From positions 374,948 to 438,947 of the forward strand of contig CBFFRQ010000054.1 of NCBI GenBank assembly GCA_965644315.1: a stretch of 64,000 nt of DNA. The letters run 5' to 3'. A program made the position numbers and the translations under genes. Positions within the stretch are counted from its first letter, which is position 1. Every line of letters begins with the position of its first letter. The stretch comes from Caecitellus pseudoparvulus. Its lineage: Eukaryota > Protista > Bigyra: Bicosoecida. Positions 36,165 to 48,821 of the stretch are shown here, one piece after another. The notes beneath the pieces were generated by a model. It was not told where the DNA came from, searched no databases, and worked only from the letters and a program-made list of their open reading frames with translations.

Positions 36165-37496
36165 CTAGGCTGGTCGAGAAGCCCGCAGCAGCAGCATGGC
36201 ACTGCGTCCCTGCCGCGTGCTGGTGCCGTGCCAAGCAGCATCCTTGGCCGGCTGCACAGCCACCTCCCCAGCGGCAAGTCGAGACTGCAGTGGAATGGCT
36301 CGATGTCCGGTGAGGCCTAGCAGCTCACGCAGCACACCCACCTGTCCTGTTGCGCATGCACGTCGAAAGCCGTACTCGGGTTTACCCTCAGGACCAGCAT
36401 GCACGTCCACCTCACGATGCCCACTCAGAGCCAACAGTTCGCGGACCACATCCGAATGCCCTCTCTCACAGGCAACATCGAAGCTATACTCAGGCCAGCC
36501 CCACGTCCCGGCATGCATCTCGAAGCCAAGGTGGAAGTAACCCTCAAGATCAAACGAGTCCGTCGACGCATGCACATCCACCTCGCGATGCTCATCTAGA
36601 GCCAGCTGCTCACGAATCGCATCCAAGTCCTCGTTCCCCAAAGGGGTCAGGAAGCTTTTCTCCAACTCGTGCCAATCCCCAACATGCACATCCACCTCAC
36701 GATGCCCAGTCAGCGCCAGCAGCTCACGCACCACATCAATGTGCCCATTCATGCAGGCAGCTCGGAAGCCAGCCTCAGGCCTGCCCTCAGGACCAGCGTG
36801 CACGTCCACCTCGCGGTGCCCGGTCAATGCCAGCAGCTCCTTCACCACATCAATGTGCCCGAAATGGCAGGCAGCTCGGAAGCCAGTCTCAGGCCTGCCC
36901 TCAGGCCCTGCATGCACATCCACCTCGCGATGCCCTGTCAATGCCAAGAGCTCACGCACCACATCGATGTTCCCATGCTCGCAGGCAAGTCGGAAGCCAG
37001 CCTCAGGCACGCCCCCAGCTCCAGCATGTACATCCACCGCACGGTCACCCGTGAGGGCCAGCAGCTCGCGCACCACATCCAGGTGTCCATTGCGACATGC
37101 CCATTGAAAGCCTTGCTCGGCCATGCCGTTGACTCCTGCATGTACGTCCACTGTCCGCTCACCGCCCAACGCAAGCAGCTCACGCACAACAGCCAAGTGC
37201 CCGTTCTGGCACGCATATCGGAAGCCAGCCTCAGCCCCATGCTGGTCTTCCGCGTGTACATCCACGGCAAGCTCACCCTCCAACCCCAACAACTCGCACA
37301 ACAATCCAACGTGTCCTTTCTTGCAGGCAGCCCAAAGGCCAGCCGTCCTATCAGCACGAGACAATCCTGCTTACAGCGCGCCCAAACCACCCCCACTGCA
37401 CTCCTGCAGCATGCTCAGCAGCACATCTACCTGCTCATCAAAGCATGCAGCCTGCCATCGACCCACCACTGGCTGACTGCCGCTGTCGTCAGCCAT
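36165..37496 (-). pseudogene. Ankyrin-like repeat protein, copy B (about 9 units), in-frame TAA at codon 42
   Basis: ATG at 37496 gives MADDSGSQPVVGRWQAACFDEQVDVLLSMLQECSGGGLGAL*AGLSR..., homologous to the copy A N-terminus. TAA is at 37371-37373; the remaining 399 aa are open. Confidence 0.75.
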
Positions 37497-37909
37497 GGCG
37501 TGGTGGGGTTGCGTATGGCGCAAGTGCTGCCGCCAAGCAGCTCACCTGCACAGCAGCACAGGCGGCACAGCACAGAATGACAAGAGTAACCAATATCCGA
37601 TGTACAATGCAGGGTGAAGATTTGGGTGTTAGTTTTGACGCAGCTCCGACAATGTCGCACCTGCCTGGACTGCATTGCTGCTAAACCTTCTCGCATCCAT
37701 GCAAACGTGCTCCAACACAGCGCCTCCAAAGCGTGCTGGGGCGACTTTTCCAAGGAACCCGACCTCATCCAACACTTTTATGGCCACAAGCATGCACCGA
37801 CAGACACCACGGCTCCCCAGCCGTTTCCAGCATCCCGAGCGCTGTCTCGCTCTCCAATTCCACAAGTCACAAAGTGATAGACGCAGTAAAGTGCACGTAC
37901 TTATGAAAT

Positions 37910-37982
37910 ACCTTGCTAGCTCAGTTGGTAGAGCGTACGACTCTTAATCGTACGGTCACGGGATCGAGACCCGTGTGAGGTG
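37910..37982 (+). tRNA. tRNA-Lys(CTT)
   Basis: Cloverleaf: acceptor accttgc/gtgaggt, D arm gctc-agttggta-gagc, anticodon arm tacga-ctCTTaa-tcgta, T arm acggg-atcgaga-cccgt, discriminator G. Confidence 0.9.
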
Positions 37983-37983
37983 C

Positions 37984-37989
37984 TTTTTT
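37984..37989 (+). terminator. RNA polymerase III terminator (T6)
   Basis: tttttt immediately downstream of the tRNA. Confidence 0.8.
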
Positions 37990-38094
37990 GTTCATCCCTA
38001 AAAATCTCCCGTTTTCGCTCCAAGTACGAGCTGCACCAGCTTCATGCGCATTTGTGTTACAAGCTGTGCACTTTTCGCATGTATTTGATCGTTT

Positions 38095-38727
38095 TTATGA
38101 ATCTTTGTCGCCAGTCGCTGTTCCTTCGCGCTTGTCCGGCGCAGGGGCAGGCGATCCGCTGCCACAACACGTTGGCTGCGGCGATGCCTTCCGGCCCGCA
38201 TACTGTGCGCCAAGCAGCAGGGCAGCTCCAGATATGGCGGCTGGTGCATGGAGGGAGTGTGGTACCAGGCAAGGCATAGCTGCGATGGCACATGGTAGGT
38301 GGACAGCGGCGATCACGCCCATGCCTGTGAAGCCCGCCGCAGTCAGCACGCCCTGGCCGTGAGCCTTGTGCAAGCGGGCCAGAGACCACGCCCCAAAAGG
38401 GAGCACCAGTCCGAGGCTGCTGTACATGACCACCTCGTGGGCTGCAGCTTCGAGGCCTGGCGGCGCGAGGTTGCCGAGGACTGGTAGTGCGGCTGTCAGA
38501 GCCGGCAGCACTGTGCAGTTGACAGCGCACAGGGTCGCGGCAGCGGAGGCCAGCCAATCGACCTTATCGGGGCTCGCCTGGCTGGCGAAGTTGCTGCGTT
38601 GCCTGGTGTGCGTCGGGTGCGGGAGCAATTGCTTGCGTTGCGTCCCCGGCACAGCTCGCACCAGCACACTGCGCACTCGCTGCCGTGCCGCCCCCCGCGC
38701 CAGCCTTGAAAATGAGATAGGGTTCAT
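38095..38727 (-). CDS. MerC-domain membrane protein with N-terminal presequence-like extension
   Basis: DWLASAAATLCAVNCTVLPAL is a MerC-like CxxxC-LP helix, followed by H-containing TM segments, LHKAHG and a C-terminal CC. Confidence 0.7.
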   Translation of the reverse strand: MNPISFSRLARGAARQRVRSVLVRAVPGTQRKQLLPHPTHTRQRSNFASQASPDKVDWLASAAATLCAVNCTVLPALTAALPVLGNLAPPGLEAAAHEVVMYSSLGLVLPFGAWSLARLHKAHGQGVLTAAGFTGMGVIAAVHLPCAIAAMPCLVPHSLHAPAAISGAALLLGAQYAGRKASPQPTCCGSGSPAPAPDKREGTATGDKDS

Positions 38728-39121
38728 GCCAGTAGTGTGCTTCCAGCCTAGACCCTGACCAGTTCACCGGGCAGCCTCGTGGCTGCAGCGCTTGTATTCC
38801 CACGCACACCGCCGCCGATACCGCACAGCACCAGACTCTTCAGCACGCGTCCCTGACAGCACCAACACCCATTCCGTAAGGTATGCGCGATTCGGACCAT
38901 ATGGAGAAATTGTGCGCGGGCGTGAGTTTTCACTCGTGTTGCGTTTTGGGTCGTTCATTGCGCTGTGCTTGTTTGCCGACCCTCGGCGAAATGTACGCCT
39001 CCACACTTGCAAGCGCGACAATGTGCGGAGGAAAGACCGATGCCCGCAATAAAACCCACCAATGCCCCTTCACTACCTATTCCCTCTTCTTCCCCATAAG
39101 CTCGCTTTGACAACATCCGCC

Positions 39122-41508
<2,387 letters not shown>

Positions 41509-42445
41509 GCCCTGTCCTTGGGGCTCGCATCGAACGGCAGCCAATTCACGTTCAAGTCGCTTTGGACTGGTGGCTGCGTGTCCTCCGTAGTCGGCAGAGG
41601 AGCGCTAGCAGGCGCTGCCGAGGCAGCCGAAGTAAGCAGTCCTTCATCTGGTGCTGGAGGCGTTGATGGTGTGCTTTCTGAATGCGAAGTTTGTGCCAGG
41701 CCCTCACGGGGCTCTTGTGCAAACAGGTGCACGTGCTGTGCCGGGCCACAGGCCAACGCGGCGCTCACTGCCAGCAGAACTGCTGCGCAGGCAACTGGAC
41801 GAAGGTGTGCCTTGGCAATCCGGGTGGCTGCCTCGCCCCAACCGTGTTTTTGGGTGCCCCTGAGGGTTTTGGGCGTGCCGTGCTTGCTGGCGGATTTAGA
41901 GACAGCAACAGTGGCGCCCTGTGTCACTCTGCTCGAATGCAGCAGGTCTTCGGCCCTGGTAAAGAATCGCCACGGGCGGCCGGGAAAAAATTCACCGCTC
42001 TCAACAGATACAGATTCCCCGTGCCCTGGCTCCGTCATGGTGAGCGCTTCAGGTGGTGGGAATGGGGCCAGCGAATGACTCTGGCGGTCCGGCGCTGATG
42101 CTCCTGCGTAGCCTGCAAACGCTCAACTGCAGTGGGCTCCGACGATACTCGTACATCAATGAGGTGTAAATATGGGCAAGTGCTCTGCATCTTTGCCATG
42201 AACTTCATTTTGCGTGCATTGCCTTGGCGCTTTGCAACCCAGCCACTTGGCCTTCTCCGCAGCTGGCCATGCCGGAGGTGGCACCTGAGGCCGACGCACA
42301 CATCTCAAGGAATGTACAAGTGCGCAACTCGTACTGGCAGGGCCACCGTGTCCCAGCTTGTCTGCACTGCCGCCTGGCACACCCTCTGGCAACGTGCCAC
42401 ACACTTTGCGCCAAGCCAGAGAAGCGTGCTGGGTTTACGCCCACC

Positions 42446-45400
42446 ATGGCCGCAGGACCTGCCACGGTGGAGGACAAAGTGAAGGTTGCTGTGAGGGTTC
42501 GGCCACTGCTGGGTGCCGAGGCGGGAAGTGACGCAGCATGGCAGGTGAAGGGCAGCAGCATCGAAGGGGCGGGGCGCGGTGGGCGCTTCGAGTTCGGTGC
42601 GTGCCTTGCCGCCGGCTGGGCTGCGCTTCGCCTCATCTGCATGGGCTCGCTGCGCTGTGTTTGTAGAGCATGTGTTTGACTCTGACCAGGACACTGCCAG
42701 TGTCTTTGACGCCATCGGCTCGGAAATCGTCGATGGCACGCTTGCGGGATTTGACGGTTAGTGCCGCAACGGACGCTGACACAGGGAGGCCTGCCACACG
42801 AAACGGGGCGCGACGCCGCAGGCACAATCTTTGCATATGGCCAGACAGCATCTGGCAAGACGCACACTATGATGGGTGCGTGACGGCATCGCCTCTGTGT
42901 CGCTGCACGCCGAGCACTCACCACCACACACGCGCCCCGCCACGGCAGGTGACGAGGGGTGCCCAGGCATCATCCCTCACGCAGTGCGGCGCATCATGCA
43001 GGCCATCCAAGCCGACGCGGACCGCATGTTCCTTGTGCGGTGCTCCTTCCTCGAGCTGTACAACGAGGAGCTGCGGGACTTGGCCCAGGAAGGCACGCCT
43101 TCCGTGCGCCTGCGCATCCATCCCAAGGTGAGGCGGCCGCCGGCCCTGCGCTGCCACCGCGCGCCACGTCCACGCCATCCGCATCGCCGCAGACAGGAGT
43201 CTTTGTGGACGGCGCACAGTGGGTGTCAGTGCGCAGTGAGCAGGAGGTGCTGGCCCTGGTGCAGGCGTGCTCGGCTCGCCGGGCTGTCGCTGCGACAGAC
43301 ATGAACGCGCGATCCAGTCGCAGCCATAGCATCCTGACACTAGAAGTGTCCAGCTCCCTCCAGCACGACGCAGCAGGCACGGGGGGCACCCTCTTCGCCA
43401 AGCTGAACCTGGTGGACTTGGCGGGGTCGGAGTCTGTGCGGGTGACGGGGGCAGCGGGCGCCCGCCTGAAGGAGGGTGCCGCCATCAACCGCTCCCTGCT
43501 CACCCTCAGCCGCATCATCAGCATGGTGTCCACGGGCGCCACGTCAGGCTTCATCCCCTTCCGCGAGAGCCGCCTGACGCACCTGCTGGAGCCCTCCCTG
43601 CGAGGCCAGTGCCGCACCGCCGTCATCTGCTGCATGTCCCCTGCGCCGGCGTACGTGGAGGAGAGTCGCAGCACGCTGCAGTTCGCGACGTCCGCCAAGG
43701 CCATCACGACGCGGGCGACGCGCACGGAGGTGGTGGACGACTCCACCCGCATCGCACGCATGGCCAAGGAGATCGCTGCGCTCAAGTCCCAGCTGGCGGC
43801 AGCCACCAGCGACTCCGCCAGCACTGGCACCGGCGGCGGCCACAACGAAGAACAGAAGCACCGCCTGGCGACCCTGCTGCAGGAGCTGATTGTGGGGGGC
43901 GGCACGCACGCCGCCAGTGCTGGTGGGGCACCTCCCCTGCAGCCCGCCACGGCCCGTGGTCGCACCGTGCTGGATGTGGCTCGCCTGAACCAGCGAGGGC
44001 GGGTGGGTCGCGCACGAGAGACATGGTGCCCCTCCATGGCCTCTGACAGTGCTGCTGTCGCTGCGCTGGAGGCGTTCCGGGCGCCGGCACGACAGACTGG
44101 CGGCAGCCCCGCCCACGCCTCATTCCACAGTGGCAGCTCCCCACTGCACTCGCCCGGCGTGCGAAGCAGCGTCAGTGCATCACGCCTGAGCAGTGGAGGG
44201 TGCAGCACTGCCAGTGGCATGAGCAGCGCCAGCACCGCCTCCGCGGGGACGGTGGATGAGGACGGCGCACTGCAGATGGAGCTGCACACGGCACGTGCAG
44301 AGGCTGCGGCGCTGCGTGCTGAGGCTGCCGCCACAGCTGAGCACCTGGAGCGTCTGCTGGCGGCAGAGGAGGAGGCGGAAGACACCATCCAAGAGCTGAA
44401 GCGCAGCCTGCTGGCGGCGGAGACAGCGGCGGAGGGCGCTGGTGAGCTGCGTGAGGCGTTGGACGTCGCCCTGGGCCGCGCGGAGGCGGCAGAGGCGGCC
44501 AGTGCAGCCCTGCAGCAACAAGTGGCCACTGCTGCAGCGAGCGTGGAGGCGGCGGAGGAGGAGGCAGATGCCTGGCGCCGCCGGGCAGAGGCCGCTGAGA
44601 GCGCTGCAGCTCGGCGTGTGGAGGACAGCGCCGCGACAGCTGCTGCGCACCGCCGGCGCGTGGCGGAGCTGGAGCAGCAGGTGGCCGCCCTGTCTGATGC
44701 GTTGAGCACGTCCCAGGCCAGCCTGTCCACGGCGCAGGCGCGTGTGGCGAAGCTGGACAAGGTGAAGATGACCCGGGCGCACCTGGACACCATGGCGCGG
44801 CTCAAGGCTGACAAGCAGCGGTACAAAGCACTTGCCAAGCAATTGCAGGAGCAGCTGGAGGACGCCGCCGCAGGAGCCGCAGCGTCCCCTGATGTGGCGG
44901 CCTTGCAAGCGCAGACAGCAGCGGCAGAGGAGGCTGGCGCAGCGGCGGCGGCAGAGGCGGAAGCAGCAGCGGAGGAGGCTGCCGCGGCAGCACGCCGGGC
45001 GGATGCCGCCACTGCGGAAGCGGCTGCGGTGCGGGGCGAGATGGAGAGCCAGACAGCTGCCCTGGCGGCACTGCAGGTGGAGGTGGCAGCTCTGGTGGCG
45101 GCGGCAGGGGGCGCTGCACAGCACGGCCTGGACACGGGGGGACTGCCCCAGGATGCCGCCACCAGCGTGGACAGTGCCACACGCGGCGTGCGCGCCGCCT
45201 CTGCGCTGTGTGGCGCCCTGCTCAAGCGCCTGCAGGACGCCGCTGCGGAGAAAGACAGCAACACGGCACGGCTGGTGCGCCTGGCTCAGGCTGGGCGAGC
45301 AGCGGATGCAGCGGTGGAGGCGGCTCAGGCGCGTGCGAAGGAGGCGGCTGCCGAGGCGGAACAGGCACGGGCCACTGCTGCGGATCTGACGCAGCAGCTC

Positions 45401-45868
45401 GCGGACATGCAGCAGGTGCAAGCGGATGCAGCCAAGGCTGTGGCCGCGGCGGAGGCTGCCACGGCTGAAGCTGCCTCTGCTGCTGAAGCAGTGGCTGCGG
45501 CAGAGGCTGCCACGGCAGCTGCCGAGGCACGAGCGACTGCGGCAGAGGAGGCGGCTGCCGCGGCACGTGCTGCGCTGCAGGAGGCCAAGGCTGACGCGCG
45601 ACGCAGCGGCGAGATCCTGGAACGGGAGAATGTGCAGCTGCTGATTGAGCTGCGGTCGGTGCGGGCTCAGGCAGCAGCAGCGGCGGCGACAGCCCAGGCG
45701 CCGGCACCAGCGCCGTCCGCTCCAGCACCCGCTCCATCTGGCAAGGCTGTCTTGACGCCGGTGCAGCCCAACACCCCCGTCGCGCCGGTATCCAGCCACA
45801 AGGCGCCGCCTCTGCAGGGGGCGGGGGTGGGCGAGGAGGAGGAGGCGGGTGAGTGCCAGCAGCAGTGA
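42446..45868 (+). CDS. Kinesin-7 / CENP-E-like motor
   Basis: VKVAVRVRPL, P-loop AYGQTASGKT, switch I NARSSRSH, switch II LVDLAGSE, IPFRESRLT and RARETWCP; Ala-rich coiled coil; C-terminal CQQQ. Multiple introns in the motor domain. Confidence 0.85.
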
Positions 45869-45941
45869 TGGTGCTGGCAGTCACGTGACGTGTGTTGCAA
45901 TGCAGAGCGCCGCTGTCGCGTGGGCAGGTGCATTGGGTCGG

Positions 45942-48290
45942 TCATTCGGAGCTTGGGGCCAGGGTGAGGTCAAAGGACTGCGCCTCGCCCGCCGCCAAGT
46001 CCACGGCAGTGGCCATGTGGCGCGCAGCGAGGGGGTTGGGGCCGGCGCTGGCAAGCACGCCCAGGTCCAGCGCCGCGACACAGGGTGTGGCCACGAGGCG
46101 CCCCGCGCTGAACTGCAGCAGCAGGTGCGGCAGGGCGCGGGCGTCCCACGTCACGGCCACCCCCGCCCCGCCGTGCAGGGCAGAGGTGAGGGTGAAGGCG
46201 CCCTCCTCCACGCCACACACCTGCACGGTGCCAGCCAGGGGCTTGGCGCTGCCTTGGGGCAGGGCAGGGAGGGAGGTGAGGTCCAGAGGTGCGCGGCCCG
46301 CCCCCCGACCAGCGCCTGCCCCCGCCACTGCCACCGGCACAGAGGCCAAGGAGGTAAAGTTCTGCGCGGGGGCCAGGGCGGTGGTGGCCTGGCCGTCGGC
46401 GACAGCGGCGTAGGGTGCCGTCGTGCCGTACTCGAAGGCGCCGATGGAGAGGTGCGCGGCGTCTGCGTCACCCTGAGGCAGGCGCAGGGCCACAGGCAGG
46501 CCCAGCGGCAGCCGCACGTCCTCACGTGGCGTGACGGTGGTGGTGATAGTCACCCCACTGCCCCCCGTCCGAGCTGCGATGACGCGGCGAAGGGAGGCTA
46601 GTGGGTGCCCGGCAGGCAGGCTGCAGGACAGCACCAGCCTGGCATTGGCGGCATCCACCAGGTCAGGCACAGACGCCAGGCTGCCGCTCTGCACCTCCGA
46701 CCCCGCCTCCTCCACAGCCCAGGCCAGGTGTGCGGCCGCGCCGTCCATGACAGCACCCAGGTCTGTCACGGCAGCTGCCCGCACCGCTGCGCCATGAGCG
46801 CCCTCGGCAGGTGCAGGCGTGCTCGCGGCGGCAGCGGCACCCCACTCCCCAGACACCTTTGTCAGAGTGCGCGTGCCGCCCAGAGGCACGGCGGCACCTG
46901 CGCCGTGCACAAGGTCCAGGGGGGTGCCGTGCCCGGTGAAGTGTGGCACCACGACGCCCCCCACAGCATGCACCGTCACGTGCCCCCCAGAGCACGGCAG
47001 TGTCCACACGTCCCCCTCCAGGGCGGCGTCAGACACCGCCCCCAGCAACGGCTCCTGGCCAGGGGACGCCGCCCCCGCTGCTGCAGCCGCCGCAGCCACG
47101 TCTGCGGCAGCGGTGGGGTCTGCCAGCGCCCCCGCGAGTCCAGTGGCGCGCGGCAGCAGGCGTGCCCAGCCCCCTGCGTCCCCCACCACCGCCACATCGC
47201 CGCGGGTGTCGTAGGAGAGACACGAGACAGAGGGCGTGGCCCCCGCCCCCGCCGTCGGCGCTGCCACTCGCAGCAGGGGCAGGCACAGGGCGCCGGCGTC
47301 ATCCCGCGACACGCTGCGCAGCGCCACGGCGCCGTCGGTCCACCCCGTCATGAGGATGCCGTGTGCCGCTGCAAAGGTGCACGCGGTGATGCGGGCACTG
47401 GACCGCCCCTGCCCCGCCAGCTCCTCTGCCAGGTCCAGCACCTGTGTCTTGCCGCTGGCGATGTCCCACACCTGCAGCGCCTGGCCGCCCGTGGCCACCC
47501 CCAGCAGGGCCTTGAAGCCGTCCAGAGGCGCCAGGGACGCCAGGCCTGTCGCGCCTGCCTCCACCAGGGACGCCGACAGGCCCTTGGCGCCCAGCCACGT
47601 GCCGTCCTTCAACGCGTACAGGTGCACGGCGCCACAGGCGTGCCCCACGGCCAGCACGGGCTTGGCGGCGCTGCCAAAGGTGGCCAGGGACACGACACGC
47701 GCGTCGGCGTCGGCTGACAAGGCGGCTGAGGCGGGGGGGGCGTACGCAGTCACAGGGCGCTCTCGCCCCATGAGCGTGTACAGAGCGGCGGTGCCGTCGG
47801 CATGCCCGACGAGGAAATGGTCATGCCCCCACACGCCCACAGACGTGACGATGCCCGTGCCACCCCCCACGGAGGCCGACGCAGGCGCCGTGCCAGGCGT
47901 GGCCCCGGCACTCGCAGCCTGCGCAGCGGTGGCGATGGTTTTGACCAGAGACAGGTGCTCAGTGTCCAGAATCTGCGTCGTGCCGGCGGTGGTGCCGACG
48001 ACCAGCACGTTGCCCAGCATGGTGGCAGCTGCCGTGGCTGAGCAGGTGATGCGCTCCGCGTCAAACACCGTGCGCACACGGCGGTCACCTGCGGGGTGCG
48101 GCCAGCGCGGCGTGGTTGGCTAGCGCACTGGTGCAGGTCAATTCCCGCACGCCACGCCAGCGCACTCACTGGTGCGCGGGTTGTAGCTCGTCACGTGCGA
48201 CTCCGACACCACCAGTAGGGAGGGGCTCTTGCCCTTGATCCTGTCAAGGTACGCCCCCAGCACTTTGCCCTCTCCTGCCTCGCCAAACAT
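45942..48290 (-). CDS. WD40-like propeller fused to a galactose-mutarotase/aldose-epimerase-like domain
   Basis: Blades FLVGHADGTAALY, LAVGHACGAVHLY, LQVWDIASG, LMTGWTDGAVAL and AVVGDAGGWARL. C-terminal half has HPLASLRRVI, RLPLGLP, VTWDARALPHLLL and DLGVLASAGPNPLA. 5' exon starts MFGEAGE at 48290. Confidence 0.65.
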
Positions 48291-48821
48291 GGCGGCGGAG
48301 GAGGCGGCCTGCGCAGGGGTGGGAGGAGGCAAGGAGCTACTGAGCCAGGTGCCCCGCCAGTGCAGCCGCTCGCATGCCGCACCTTGCTGCTTGAGGAGCC
48401 CATGATGAGTCGGGTGTGGACAGGGACGGCAGGGCCACTTCCGGCTGCAGTGCAGTGCAGGTGAAGAAGGCCGCCGCAAGCAAGTCACGCAAACGAGCTT
48501 CTGCGGCGAGAAAGGGAGAGAATGCCACTGCGGGGCCGCGCCCTGGGGCATGTGTTGAAGGGGTTGCCTGTGGAGTGCACGGAAAATGAGCCACGCCTGG
48601 TTTTGCGTTTCGGGAGCACAACAGCAGCCCCAAACTGTGTGCACGGTCCGAGCGACTTCAGGTCTCACTGCGCTATCTCGCCCACTTCGCATGGGGGAGG
48701 AAACTCGACAATTTAATCAATTTCAATGTTCCACACTGGTCCTGTCCCCAACGGCCAAAACCCTCCAATTGCACCTTGCGTGGCCTGGCCGCTGCTCGTA
48801 TGCGGAAATCGAATGCAAGTC

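Noticed and set aside
37371-37373. TAA codon reassignment (alternative genetic code)
   Set aside because: RPS6 terminates at TAA at its expected C-terminus, and long conserved ORFs contain no internal TAA or TAG.
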